61,521 nucleotides of DNA from a virus (IMGVR_UViG_3300042465_003931:1-61521), one strand, 5' to 3'; positions 7,723-17,595 are shown, counted from the stretch's first letter. The notes: a model not told the origin generated them from the sequence alone. Numbers and translations are program-made.

Positions 7723-8459
7723 CTACCTCCGGCACCACGACATTCAACCTCGACCTCAACGAATGCGTTGAGGAAGCCTTCGAGCGCTGTGGTGCTGAGT
7801 TGCGCACGGGCTACGACCTGCGCACGGCGCGACGGTCGTTGAACCTTTTGCTTGCCGATTGGGCGTCGAGAGGGATCAACATGTGGACGTTCAACCAAGC
7901 GGTCATCAACCTGACCCAAGGCGTCAACACCTACCCCTTGCCCTCTGACACCGTCGACCTCCTTGAACACGTCATCAGGACCGGTGCAGGCAACGTCAGT
8001 ACGCAGGCTGACCTGACCATCACGCGCATTTCGATCTCTACCTACTCGTCCATCCCCAACAAGCTCCAGCAGGCGCGGCCCATTCAGGTACTGGTGAACC
8101 GGAACTCCAATGCGACGTACCCTGCGGGCAGCAGCTACTCGCCGGGGGCAACGGCTTCACCGAGCATCACCGTGTGGCCCACTCCGGACCAGACCGGCGT
8201 CTACCAGTTCGTCTACTGGTACTTGCGAAGGGTCCAAGACGCTGGTGCAGGCGGTGGCTACACGCAGGACATCCCCTTCCGCTTCCTCCCGTGTTTGGTC
8301 TCCGGGCTGGCGTACTACTTGGCACTGAAGATCCCCGGCGCGATGGAGCGTCTGCCGGTGCTGAAGGAGCAGTACGACGCGGATTGGGACCGCGCCAGTT
8401 CAGAGGACCGCGAAAAGGCAGCGGTGCGGTTCGTACCGCGTCAGATGTTCATCTCGTGA
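7719..8459 (+). CDS. head-tail adaptor / tail tubular-type protein
   Basis: Helical N-terminus (EEAFERCG...ARRSLNLL), central VWPTPD, C-terminal DIPFRFLPCLVSGLAYYLA; structural context. Confidence 0.55.
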   Translation: MTTSGTTTFNLDLNECVEEAFERCGAELRTGYDLRTARRSLNLLLADWASRGINMWTFNQAVINLTQGVNTYPLPSDTVDLLEHVIRTGAGNVSTQADLTITRISISTYSSIPNKLQQARPIQVLVNRNSNATYPAGSSYSPGATASPSITVWPTPDQTGVYQFVYWYLRRVQDAGAGGGYTQDIPFRFLPCLVSGLAYYLALKIPGAMERLPVLKEQYDADWDRASSEDREKAAVRFVPRQMFIS

Positions 8460-8476
8460 ACTTTGCCCACGCCCCC

Positions 8477-8505
8477 TTGCGTTTCGCAGTGACATCTGCG
8501 AGAAT
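8477..8505 (+). promoter_or_regulatory. putative sigma70-type promoter of the GIY-YIG gene
   Basis: TTGCGT-17-GAGAAT with TG extension. Confidence 0.4.
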
Positions 8506-8530
8506 CCTGGCTTTCCAGCCAGGAGTTCGC

Positions 8531-9130
8531 ATGAGCGTGAATCAGTTTTCTGAGAACAATCTTTCCCACATCGACATGCCAAATGTCTGTGGAGTGTATT
8601 TGTTGACGGATACCATAACGGGCGGAACCTACGTTGGGTCTTCCCTGCGTACACGTTACCGGATAAGTCTGCACTTCCATGACATGAAGCGTAGGCCAGA
8701 GCAGCAAACGTACAAGCGTATGCTAGGAACGTTTCAGATACACGGAGCAAAAGCGTTTACTGTGCAACTGCTCCAGCAGTGTGCACCAGAAGAGTTGCTA
8801 GCGCTCGAAAAACAGTGGATTGAAAAGCTACAGCCTACCGAAAATCTGTACGTGTGCACAGATGGAAGAGATGTCTATACGGCGGCTACACACGCTAAAA
8901 AGGCAGCGGCGGCAGCGGCTCTCTGGAAAGATCCCGAGTATCGGGCCAAGGCAATCGCGGCGCGGGTAGGTAAAGGCGGTCCTGTCGGGTATAAGTGCAC
9001 CCCTGATCAAGTAGAAAACCGTAAACGCGCTGGACGCATCTCAAACATAAAGCGCAATTACGGCGCTAGCTGGAAAGAAGAATACATCCGTCGCTACCCT
9101 GAGCACGCGGAGGATGTAAATGTCAAATAG
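8531..9130 (+). CDS. free-standing GIY-YIG homing endonuclease-like protein
   Basis: AGGAG RBS at 8521; GVY...YVGSS....R...H and LEKQWI....P..N motifs; basic C-terminal DNA-binding-like tail. Confidence 0.75.
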   Translation: MSVNQFSENNLSHIDMPNVCGVYLLTDTITGGTYVGSSLRTRYRISLHFHDMKRRPEQQTYKRMLGTFQIHGAKAFTVQLLQQCAPEELLALEKQWIEKLQPTENLYVCTDGRDVYTAATHAKKAAAAAALWKDPEYRAKAIAARVGKGGPVGYKCTPDQVENRKRAGRISNIKRNYGASWKEEYIRRYPEHAEDVNVK

Positions 9131-10244
9131 GTTTGCAAATGGTCGGAAAGCACTGGCCTTCTGCGACGTCTGTGGCTTTCGCTTTGACCTGAAGCGACTG
9201 AAGAACCTCGTCGTCAAGACGAAAGAGACACAGATCAAGGCTTGTCCGCAGTGCTGGACGCCGGATCAGCCGCAGTTGCAGTTGGGCATGTACCCAATTG
9301 CAGACCCACAGGCTATCAGAGACCCCCGTCCGGACACCAACACTTGGTTCCAGTCCGGTGTCAACGCGTTGAACAACGTCAGCGAAGGGATGCTGGTCAT
9401 CCAGTGGGGTTGGGCTCCGATTGGCGGTGCGAGAGACTTCACTGACCCGTTGACACCGAATACGCTTGTTGGTGTAGGACAGGTTGGTCAGGTGACTTTT
9501 GCGCCGTGGACTTCCATACTCTTTACTACGCCGGGAACCTACTCTTGGACCGCACCTGTTGGTGTCACGCAAGTGTATGTCTTGTGCGTTGGTGGTGGAG
9601 GAAGCGGCGGGCCTAACAACGGTACGGGCGTTCTTGGCGGCAATTCCAGCTTTGACACTTTCTTTGCTGGCGGGGGCGGTGCTGGCGCGGGTGTTACGGG
9701 GATTGGCGGCACTGGCGGTACTGGAACTACGCTGAGCGCCACTGTCTTTGGCGGCAACGGCGGTGCAGGGGGTAACCGCTCGCTTATCGCCTCGGGATGT
9801 GGCGGCGGTGCGGGCGGCTACGCTGGCAACGGTGGCGCAGGCGGTCACGCAATTACGCTAAACGGTCAGCCGGGTAATGGTGGCGGTGGCGGTGGCGGTG
9901 GTAGAGGGGGTTTAGTAGCCGCTGTAGGCGGCGGCGGGGTCGGCCTAAACGGGCAAGGTGCAAACGGTGCTGGCGGAGATTTGGCCGTAAATGTTGGTGG
10001 CGGCGGTTCTGGCGGACAAACAGCGACTGGGCAAGGCGGTGGTTTGTATGGCGGCGGTGGCGGAGGTTCGGGCCTTGCAGTGACCGCAGGTAGCGGTGGC
10101 GGCGGTGGTGGACTTCGCTGGACATTCCTGACAGTCACCCCCGGAACTACGTATCCTGTTGTTGTCGGCGCAGGCGGTGTTGTTGCAAATTCGGGTAGCG
10201 GTGGCGACGGAGCAGTCCGCATCAACTATCTCCCAGTTCCCTAA
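9120..10244 (+). CDS. CxxC..CxxC virion-region protein fused to a glycine-rich domain
   Basis: N-terminal CDVC / CPQC...DPRPD. C-terminal FTTPGTYSWTAPVGVTQVYVLCVGGGG...GAVRI glycine-rich domain. Confidence 0.65.
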   Translation: MSNRFANGRKALAFCDVCGFRFDLKRLKNLVVKTKETQIKACPQCWTPDQPQLQLGMYPIADPQAIRDPRPDTNTWFQSGVNALNNVSEGMLVIQWGWAPIGGARDFTDPLTPNTLVGVGQVGQVTFAPWTSILFTTPGTYSWTAPVGVTQVYVLCVGGGGSGGPNNGTGVLGGNSSFDTFFAGGGGAGAGVTGIGGTGGTGTTLSATVFGGNGGAGGNRSLIASGCGGGAGGYAGNGGAGGHAITLNGQPGNGGGGGGGGRGGLVAAVGGGGVGLNGQGANGAGGDLAVNVGGGGSGGQTATGQGGGLYGGGGGGSGLAVTAGSGGGGGGLRWTFLTVTPGTTYPVVVGAGGVVANSGSGGDGAVRINYLPVP

Positions 10245-10295
10245 ACCGCTGGTCAGCGGTATCATTCACGCGGGCGCAGCCCGAAGGAGTTCAAG

Positions 10296-10493
10296 ATGAA
10301 AGACGCGATGAAGGCCCTCCGGGCGCATGCCAAGAAGCCCGCCAGTCAAGCCCACGGGCCAGGGGCCAAGCTCGCCATGGGCGGCATGGCGAAGTACAAC
10401 CAGGGCGGTGTCACCACGAAAATGGCGCAGGATATGGGCCGCAACATGGCCCGCGCACGCAACCAAGGCGCTGTCGGGCGCAAGAAGGGGTGA
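10296..10493 (+). CDS. small basic protein with LAMGG/YNQGG motifs
   Basis: AAGGAG RBS; ends GRNMARARNQ. Confidence 0.6.
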   Translation: MKDAMKALRAHAKKPASQAHGPGAKLAMGGMAKYNQGGVTTKMAQDMGRNMARARNQGAVGRKKG

Positions 10494-10497
10494 ACCC

Positions 10498-10677
10498 ATG
10501 ATGAAGGCCAAGCCGGTCCCTACGCCCGTTGTGGGCGTCGCTGAGCGCACTCCCCCGCGCCTTGTTGTCGGTGCTGAGTCGACCGCCCCCTGCCCGCCGG
10601 TGAAGACCTCCGGGATCAAGGTCCGGGGGGGCAAGGCTCAGACCAAGGGCTTCATGGCCCGAGGGCCGATGGCGTAA
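10498..10677 (+). CDS. small basic protein
   Basis: KTSGIKVRGGKAQTKGFMARGPMA C-terminus; start inferred from spacing. Confidence 0.55.
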   Translation: MMKAKPVPTPVVGVAERTPPRLVVGAESTAPCPPVKTSGIKVRGGKAQTKGFMARGPMA

Positions 10678-10680
10678 GCC

Positions 10681-11334
10681 ATGAACTACGCCGCGCTCAA
10701 GGTTGCTGTCGAGGACGCTGTTGAGAATACATTCTCAACAGATGACTTTGCCACGCTGACTCGGCTTGCCGAGCAGAAGATCTACCAGTCCGTCCAGCTC
10801 CCGATCCTGCGGAAGGATGCGACGCTGGCCCTGACCAGCGGCGTGCAAACGCTGAGCCTACCGGCAGACTTCTTGGCGATGTACAGCCTCGCGGTGTACT
10901 CGACGTCGCCGGGCGGCGGAGACCGGGAGTTCCTCCTGAACAAGGATGTGAACTTCATGCGCGAGAGCTACCCCAACCCGACCTTCACTGCCACGCCACG
11001 GTACTACGCGCTCGACGGGACCAGCACGCCGCTGGTGCAGAAGATCATCCTCGGCCCCACGCCCGGTGCGAACTTCAGTGCGGAGTTGAACTACTTCTAC
11101 CAGCCGGAGAGCATCGTCACGGCCAGCAACACGTGGCTGGGCGACAACTTCGAATCGGTGCTGTTCAACGCGGTCATGGTCGAGGCTGCTCGGTTCATGA
11201 AGGAAGAGGCGGACATCGTCACGATGTACCAGAACCAGTTCAACGAGTCGTTCCTGCTGCTCAAGAACCTTGGTGACGCCAAGAACCGGGGCGATTCTTA
11301 TCGCAACGGGCAGGTCCGTAACCCGGTGAAGTGA
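10681..11334 (+). CDS. second adaptor / tail tubular-type protein
   Basis: MNYAAL...AEQKIY...LPADFL...PRYYA...GPTP...YFY.P pattern. Confidence 0.55.
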   Translation: MNYAALKVAVEDAVENTFSTDDFATLTRLAEQKIYQSVQLPILRKDATLALTSGVQTLSLPADFLAMYSLAVYSTSPGGGDREFLLNKDVNFMRESYPNPTFTATPRYYALDGTSTPLVQKIILGPTPGANFSAELNYFYQPESIVTASNTWLGDNFESVLFNAVMVEAARFMKEEADIVTMYQNQFNESFLLLKNLGDAKNRGDSYRNGQVRNPVK

Positions 11335-11341
11335 GGTAACG

Positions 11342-11758
11342 ATGCCCATCCTCCAAGGCATGTGTTCGTCGTTTAAACAGGAGTCCTGGCTGGGCGTCCA
11401 TGACCTCGCCACTGACACGCTGAAGCTGGCGCTCTACACCGCTGCGGCAGACCTCAGTCAGTCCACGACGGTGTACACGGCAACCGGTGAGGTCGTCGGT
11501 ACGGGCTACATCGCGGGTGGCATCCCGCTTGTCAACGTCCAAGTCCTCCTGTCCGGGACCACAGCCTACGTCACGTTCGACAATCCGGTGTTCGCCAACG
11601 CCTCGTTCGTCTGCCGGGGCGGGCTGATCTACAACGAGACCGAGGCCAACCGCGCCATCGCGGTGCTGGACTTCGGTGCGGACAAGACGGCCAACGGCAC
11701 GTTCACCATCCAACTCCCTGCGGCCACAGCCGCGTCAGCGCTGCTGCGCTTCGCTTGA
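11342..11758 (+). CDS. virion structural (tail) protein
   Basis: GAGG RBS; SFK.E......D..KLALYT...GY.AGG...LIYN...VLDFG.DK pattern. Confidence 0.55.
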   Translation: MPILQGMCSSFKQESWLGVHDLATDTLKLALYTAAADLSQSTTVYTATGEVVGTGYIAGGIPLVNVQVLLSGTTAYVTFDNPVFANASFVCRGGLIYNETEANRAIAVLDFGADKTANGTFTIQLPAATAASALLRFA

Positions 11759-11765
11759 GGTCATC

Positions 11766-13121
11766 ATGGCAAGTTACACCGCACTACTCAAACTGACGCA
11801 GCCTGATCTGGGCGCTACGGGCTGGGGGACCACGGTCAACAGCGGTGTGACTGCGCTTGTTGAGCAGGCTGTTGCGGGTGCAATCAGCGTAGCGGTGACC
11901 ACCGCAGGACCGAACACGCTTAGTGCGATTGCCAGTGGCGCTTCATCTGATGCGCGGAATCAATTCATCGTCCTCACGGGCACCTTGTCGGGACCTGCCA
12001 CCCTCACCGTCCCCGCTGCGCCGGGTGCGACAAGCTCCAAGCTGTACTTCATCAAGAACAGCGCAGGAGATGCCGTCACGGTAACGACGTCTGGCGGCAC
12101 CAGCGTCAGCGTGCCCAACGGCAGATCGATGATGCTCAAGGTCACCACCGCAGGGGTGGAAGAGGCGATGACGCACGCGGCGTCGCTGACCCTTGGAACC
12201 GCCCTTGCCGCGACCTCAGGGGGCACTGGGCAGAGCAGCTACGCTGTGGGCGATCTGCTGTACGCGGGCACGACCACGACGCTGGCCAAGCTCGCCGCTG
12301 TCGCCACGGGCAGTGTGCTGCGCTCCAAGGGAGTGGGCACTGCCCCGGCCTATGAGCAGGTCGTCCTGACGACGGACGTGACTGGGGTGTTGCCGGTCGC
12401 CAATGGGGGGACGGGAGCAGCAACGCTGACCCTGAACAACGTCCTGCTGGGGAACGGCACTTCTGCGGTGCAGGTCGTGGCTCCGGGCTCCACCGGAAAC
12501 GTATTGCGTTCTGACGGCACGACGTGGACAAGCTCCGCGCTCGCCTCTGCGACGACGTCGGCTGAAGGCCTTGTCGAGCTTGCCACCGACGCCGAGGTGC
12601 GGACTGGCACCGACACCACGCGGGCGATCACGCCCGATGCGCTGCGGAAGGGTGCGTTGGTACTGGACACCGTCAAGGCAAGCACCAGCGGCACAGCGGT
12701 TGATTTCACGGGGATCCCGTCGTGGGTCAAGCGAATTACCGTGATGTTTGCTGGCGTGAGCACCAGCGGCTCCAACCCTGTAATTATTCAACTAGGGGAT
12801 GCAGGAGGTTTTGAAAACACGGGGTATTTAAGTTCTGCAAGCTACGGCGGTGTTGCTGGAAACTATGCGTCTTCGACCACGGGTTTTATAGTTGATGCCG
12901 GAAACACCGCTGCAGCAGCGACTACGCGTCGGGGAGTGGTTGTCATTGTCAACTTGAACGGCAACCAGTGGGTTTGCTCTGGAACTTCCGATGCGGGTAA
13001 CGTATCGGCATCAATAGCGGGAAGTAAAACGCTTTCTGACGTCCTTACACAAGTACGTATTACTAACGAGAATAGTGTAGATACTTTCGACGCTGGCTCC
13101 GTTAATGTCATGTACGAGTGA
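11766..13121 (+). CDS. tail fibre protein
   Basis: GAGG RBS before ATG 11766; LAATSGGTG / LPVANGGTG repeats, GLVELATDAE...AITP repeat, STSGTAVDFTGIPSWVKRI tip domain. Confidence 0.75.
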   Translation: MASYTALLKLTQPDLGATGWGTTVNSGVTALVEQAVAGAISVAVTTAGPNTLSAIASGASSDARNQFIVLTGTLSGPATLTVPAAPGATSSKLYFIKNSAGDAVTVTTSGGTSVSVPNGRSMMLKVTTAGVEEAMTHAASLTLGTALAATSGGTGQSSYAVGDLLYAGTTTTLAKLAAVATGSVLRSKGVGTAPAYEQVVLTTDVTGVLPVANGGTGAATLTLNNVLLGNGTSAVQVVAPGSTGNVLRSDGTTWTSSALASATTSAEGLVELATDAEVRTGTDTTRAITPDALRKGALVLDTVKASTSGTAVDFTGIPSWVKRITVMFAGVSTSGSNPVIIQLGDAGGFENTGYLSSASYGGVAGNYASSTTGFIVDAGNTAAAATTRRGVVVIVNLNGNQWVCSGTSDAGNVSASIAGSKTLSDVLTQVRITNENSVDTFDAGSVNVMYE

Positions 13122-13125
13122 TGTC

Positions 13126-13386
13126 ATGAACACCCTCGCCGTCGCGTTGCTGCTCGCAGTGGCTCCTGCCCCCGTAGCGGAGTACCGTGAAGGTGGTATG
13201 CGGGTGGAACTCTACGCCGAGGCAGGTCCTTGCGTGGGTAGCGCCCGGTGGGCGGTGTTTCTCCAAGGCCCGGTGCGTGTGCCGGGGTGCTGGCTTTGGG
13301 TGGGGGAGTCTGTTCAAATCGCGTGGCTAGACGGGGACTTCAGCAAAGTTCCTGCACGTGTGTTTCGCAAACCGGAGTTGTTGTGA
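13126..13386 (+). CDS. small protein with signal-peptide-like N-terminus
   Basis: MNTLAVALLLAVAPA; C...GCW. Confidence 0.45.
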   Translation: MNTLAVALLLAVAPAPVAEYREGGMRVELYAEAGPCVGSARWAVFLQGPVRVPGCWLWVGESVQIAWLDGDFSKVPARVFRKPELL

Positions 13387-13796
13387 CGGAACCGATTGAT
13401 CTGAAGACCTTGAAAGCCCAGGCAGAGGTCGAACTCAACCGCCTGGAGGCCCAGGCCACAGCAAAGGAAGTTGCCGCCAAGGCTATAGGCAAGACAGCCA
13501 TCATCTGGATCTTCCTGCTGGTGCTGGTCGGCGTGGTGTCGTCAGCCTTCCTCGCATCCGAAGCGCTGCCTGCTGTCATCGGCCTTGTGGCAACCGCCAC
13601 GATGGCTCTGATCCAGATGGTCAACGGCATCGTCAACGAGACCAAGAAGGAAGAGAAGCCTGAGATCACCATCATCAAGGAGCTGATCGACCGACTGGAC
13701 AAGCCTGAGCGGCAGGAGCCGTCCATGAAGGTCAATGTGGAAGGTGACAAGGTCACTGTTCAGCGTGGCGATGATGTGATCACGACCAAGGGGTAA
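13383..13796 (+). CDS. two-TM membrane protein (lysis cassette)
   Basis: GGAG plus GTG start overlapping the upstream stop; two hydrophobic helices. Confidence 0.55.
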   Translation: MTEPIDLKTLKAQAEVELNRLEAQATAKEVAAKAIGKTAIIWIFLLVLVGVVSSAFLASEALPAVIGLVATATMALIQMVNGIVNETKKEEKPEITIIKELIDRLDKPERQEPSMKVNVEGDKVTVQRGDDVITTKG

Positions 13797-13798
13797 AC

Positions 13799-14302
13799 AT
13801 GCTGAGTCTTTTCTCCACCCTCGGCGGCTTGCTCATCAGCGGCCTGCCCAAGCTGCTGGAGTTCTTCCAGAACAAGAGCGATCAGAAGCACGAACTTGCG
13901 CTGACCCGCGTCCAGATGGAGCGCGAGTTGCAGCTCGCGGCTCAGGGATATGCCGCCCAAGCCAAGATGGAGGAGATCCGCACTGAGCAGGTAGCGATGC
14001 AGACTGAGGCGCAGATGACCGAAGCTGCGCTCAAGCATGACGAAAAGGTGTTGGAGAAAGCCAGCCGCTGGGTTGCAAACTACGTGGGGACCGTGCGCCC
14101 CACGGTGACCTACATCTTCATCATTGAGCTTGTGCTGATCAACGCTGCGCTGACGCTCTATGTCTGGAAGCACCCTGGCCTGATCCAAAGCGTTGACGAC
14201 CTGATCCGCGTGACTGCGATCATTTTCAGCGAGGACGAGATGGCGATGTTGGGCGGGATCATCGGGTTCTGGTTCGGCAGCAGGCAGTGGAGCAAGAAGT
14301 GA
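13799..14302 (+). CDS. holin (3TM GTA-type)
   Basis: VRP.VTY...IIGFWFGSR motif; directly upstream of the endolysin. Confidence 0.65.
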   Translation: MLSLFSTLGGLLISGLPKLLEFFQNKSDQKHELALTRVQMERELQLAAQGYAAQAKMEEIRTEQVAMQTEAQMTEAALKHDEKVLEKASRWVANYVGTVRPTVTYIFIIELVLINAALTLYVWKHPGLIQSVDDLIRVTAIIFSEDEMAMLGGIIGFWFGSRQWSKK

Positions 14303-14802
14303 AGGTGAGTCCAGAGGGGAGTGCTTTGATGCACAGGTATGAGGGCTACAGGACAAAGCCCTACCTGTGCCCTGCGCACATCTGGACTATTGGCTACGGC
14401 CATGTCTTGTATCAGGATCAGATCCGCCTACCTATGGTTCGGAAGGATGAATATGCCGGGCTCATCAGGAAGGACTACCCTCTTCGCCCAGAAGACAACC
14501 GTGTCTGGTCCAAGGAAGAGATCGAGAAACTATTCTCGATGGATGTCGCTGCTTTTGAACGAGGTGTTCTTCGTCTGGTTCCCGGCTGTGTTGGTCATCA
14601 AGGGCGCTTCGACGCTCTGGTCAGTTTTTCGTTCAACGCAGGGCTAGGCAATCTACAGCGTAGTCAGATCCGCATGAAGGCCAACCGTGGGGATATTGGA
14701 GGTGCCGCTGATGCGTTCATGCAGTGGACAAAGGGTGGCGGTAGGGAACTCCCGGGTCTTGTCAAGCGGCGCAAAGATGAGCGTGCGCTGTTTCTGAGGT
14801 AA
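14299..14802 (+). CDS. endolysin, GH24 lysozyme
   Basis: EG....PY.C.A..WTIGYGH, FDALVSF.FN.G.G, LPGLVKRR..E..LF. Confidence 0.9.
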   Translation: MKVSPEGSALMHRYEGYRTKPYLCPAHIWTIGYGHVLYQDQIRLPMVRKDEYAGLIRKDYPLRPEDNRVWSKEEIEKLFSMDVAAFERGVLRLVPGCVGHQGRFDALVSFSFNAGLGNLQRSQIRMKANRGDIGGAADAFMQWTKGGGRELPGLVKRRKDERALFLR

Positions 14803-14806
14803 CACC

Positions 14807-16789
14807 ATGCCGCTGAAAGCGCTACGCCTCAAGCCAGGGATCTTCCGGGAGAACACGCGCTACTCCGCAGAAGGCGGATGGTATGAGTGCGACAAGGTGC
14901 GCTTCCGCTCGGGGCAACCTGAGAAGATTGGCGGCTGGCAGCAGGTCAACAACGACCAGTTCCTTGGTTTTGCACGGGCGCTCTGGCCTTGGGATGTCTA
15001 CCTCGGTCTGGGCACCGAGGTTAAGTACTACGTCTACTACGGCGCGTACTACGACATCACGCCAATTGACACCTATGCGCTGACCAACCCGTTCAGTGCG
15101 GTTGACGGCTCTGCCGTCATTACCGTGGCGCACACCAGTCACGGTCGGCTTGAAGGGGACTACGTTCAGTTCGACAACGTCACAGGCCTTGGCGGCAACA
15201 TGACGCAGGCTGTGCTTGAGCTGGAGTACCAAGTAGCCACGGTCATCAACGCCAACAGCTACACGTTCAACGCTCGGGACCCGAGCACCGGACTGGCGGT
15301 AACGGCAAACCCAACAGACGCCTCCGGCTCTCCCGGCGGCGGCTCCGTCACGGCGCAGTATCAGCCTAACATCGGCACGCCGATTCAGTACCCACCTCCG
15401 GGTATTCTTACGGGCTGGGGCGGCGGCACTTGGGGTAGCGGCGTCTGGGGCGGCAGCTTGACGCCTTTCGTACCTACGCAGATCAACCTGTGGAACGCGT
15501 ACAACTTCGGCGAGGATTTGATCTACGGACCCAGGGGCGGCGGGGTGTACTACTGGGACGCCTCGGCGGGGTTTACCACACGAGGCGTCAACATCTCCAC
15601 GCTTGTCGGTGCTAGTGACACGCCTTCTGCGGCCTTGTTCCGCGCCGTCTCCGACGCTTCTCGCTTCGTGTTGGTCTTCGGCACGACGGACTACGGCTCC
15701 TCGGCGCTCAACCCAATGCTGATCCGCTGGTCGGATCAGGAGACAGCAGCCAACTGGACCCCGGCGGCGACGAATCAGGCCGGAAGCCTGCAACTGTCCC
15801 GGGGCTCCGAGATTCGCGCCGTGGCGCAGACCCGGCAGGAGTTCCTCGTCTGGACAGACATCGCGCTGTACTCACTCCAGTACCTCGGCCCGCCCATCGT
15901 GTGGGGTTCGCAGATCCTCGCGGACAACATCACCATCGTCAGCGACCGTGCATGGGCAGTGGCGGCGGGCGTCACCTTCTGGATGGGGGATGAGAAGTTC
16001 TACATGTTCGACGGGCGCGTGCAAACGCTCAACTGCGACATCCGCAAGTTCATCTTCGACGACTTCAACGCGAACCAGAACCTTCAGGTCTTCGCCTCTA
16101 CCGTGGAGCAGTTCAGCGAGGTGTGGTGGTTCTACTGCTCCATCACTGGCCCAGACGGCACGGGCACGCCTGCCAACCCCAACACGGTGGTCGACCGCTA
16201 CGCGGTCTTCAACTACGCTGAGCGCATCTGGTACTACGGCTCCTTGGGGCGCACCGCGTGGCTCGACGCCAGCGTCCTCTCCAACCTGCCCATCGCTGCG
16301 GACTACAACCGCCGCCTGCTCAACCACGAGACAGGGTGCGACGACGCGTCTACACCAGAGGCTGCGCCCATCGAGGCCTACATCACCTCGTCCCAATTCG
16401 ACATCGACGACGGGCACAACTTCGGGTTCGTGCGCCGGATGCTGCCCGACGTGACGTTCACGGGTTCGACGGCGACGGTGGCCAACCAGTCCATCACGAT
16501 GGCGCTGCTGCCGCTCCAGAACTCGGGCTCGGGCTACACGCGGGGCGTGGAAAATGTTGGCCCTGAAGCCAACATGTCGGTGGCACTGACCAACGAGGCA
16601 ACCGTACAGCGCGATGCGGACAACGGCATCGAGCGCTTCTCGGGAACAGTCACGCCGTACGACGGCAACCTGTACATCCGCGTGCGCGGCAGGCAGATGT
16701 CGCTCCGCGTTGCGTCGACCGGGCTGGGGGTGCAGTGGCAACTGGGCGTACCGCGCATGGATGTGCGGCCTAGCGGGCGCAAGTCATGA
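14807..16789 (+). CDS. tail nozzle / tubular protein B-type (beta-propeller) protein
   Basis: 660 aa, beta-rich, IRWSDQE and propeller-like repeats; lies before the ejection genes. Confidence 0.6.
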   Translation: MPLKALRLKPGIFRENTRYSAEGGWYECDKVRFRSGQPEKIGGWQQVNNDQFLGFARALWPWDVYLGLGTEVKYYVYYGAYYDITPIDTYALTNPFSAVDGSAVITVAHTSHGRLEGDYVQFDNVTGLGGNMTQAVLELEYQVATVINANSYTFNARDPSTGLAVTANPTDASGSPGGGSVTAQYQPNIGTPIQYPPPGILTGWGGGTWGSGVWGGSLTPFVPTQINLWNAYNFGEDLIYGPRGGGVYYWDASAGFTTRGVNISTLVGASDTPSAALFRAVSDASRFVLVFGTTDYGSSALNPMLIRWSDQETAANWTPAATNQAGSLQLSRGSEIRAVAQTRQEFLVWTDIALYSLQYLGPPIVWGSQILADNITIVSDRAWAVAAGVTFWMGDEKFYMFDGRVQTLNCDIRKFIFDDFNANQNLQVFASTVEQFSEVWWFYCSITGPDGTGTPANPNTVVDRYAVFNYAERIWYYGSLGRTAWLDASVLSNLPIAADYNRRLLNHETGCDDASTPEAAPIEAYITSSQFDIDDGHNFGFVRRMLPDVTFTGSTATVANQSITMALLPLQNSGSGYTRGVENVGPEANMSVALTNEATVQRDADNGIERFSGTVTPYDGNLYIRVRGRQMSLRVASTGLGVQWQLGVPRMDVRPSGRKS

Positions 16790-17595
16790 GCTTCTTCAAC
16801 TTTCTCAAGAAGCCCAACAACCCAGCGTTGCCGTTGCCGACGGAGTTGTACTCGCGCACGTTCCTCGACAATCACAACAACGTCCTGCGGTTGTTCTTCA
16901 ACCAATTGACGAACATCTTCGACAACATCCTCGGCCCCAACGGCGGGCAGTTCATCGACTGCCCGAGCGGGCTGTTTTTCAATACCCAGGATCAAATCTA
17001 CGCCGCCAACGACATCGCGTATCCCGTCGAGTTTGACAACACGTACTTGAGTAACGGGGTGGCGCTAGAAGCCGTAACCGTTACTGCCGGGTCTTTCGTT
17101 GTTGGCGTCAGGTACACCATAGTGTCCGTAGGCAGTACAAATTTTACGCTAATCGGCGCGGCGTCTAATACTGTCGGAGTGGTTTTTGTTGCAACCGGCG
17201 TCGGCACGGGCTCAGGAACTGCCAGCACAAAGTCGCGAATTAGAGTTTCTGTCAACGGCGTGTACAACTTCCAGTACAGTGGTCAGATCTTGGCGTCGAC
17301 GGGTAGCAAGACTGAAATTGCGTTGTGGATAGCGCGTAACAACACGGACATTTCGTACTCGACGCGTATCAGTACAATCGCATCCAACGGCCATTATTTC
17401 GAGATAGCCTGGAACTTTGATATTGATATGGCGGCGGGCGACTACATCGAGCTACGCACGTCCATCGACGACCATGCGCCAAGCATCAAGCTCGACGCGT
17501 TTGCCGCAACCTCTCCCTACCCCGCTGGGGCCTCATCGGTGCTGACGGTCAACTTCGTCGCGCCGCTGCCTGACCCCAGACCGACTCTTCCGTGA
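16786..17595 (+). CDS. virion protein with C1q/TNF-like C-terminal domain
   Basis: Coiled N-terminus (LRLFFNQL); GVYNFQYS.Q...W...N....GDYIEL. Confidence 0.5.
   Translation: MSFFNFLKKPNNPALPLPTELYSRTFLDNHNNVLRLFFNQLTNIFDNILGPNGGQFIDCPSGLFFNTQDQIYAANDIAYPVEFDNTYLSNGVALEAVTVTAGSFVVGVRYTIVSVGSTNFTLIGAASNTVGVVFVATGVGTGSGTASTKSRIRVSVNGVYNFQYSGQILASTGSKTEIALWIARNNTDISYSTRISTIASNGHYFEIAWNFDIDMAAGDYIELRTSIDDHAPSIKLDAFAATSPYPAGASSVLTVNFVAPLPDPRPTLP

Noticed and set aside
8460-9130. Group I intron housing the GIY-YIG gene
   Set aside because: The flanking genes are intact and there is too little non-coding sequence for an intron core.
14822-16741. Long opposite-strand ORFs (also 57755..58663, 46163..46975 and similar)
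   Set aside because: These are shadows of GC-rich, codon-biased genes, with no RBS or recognisable motifs.
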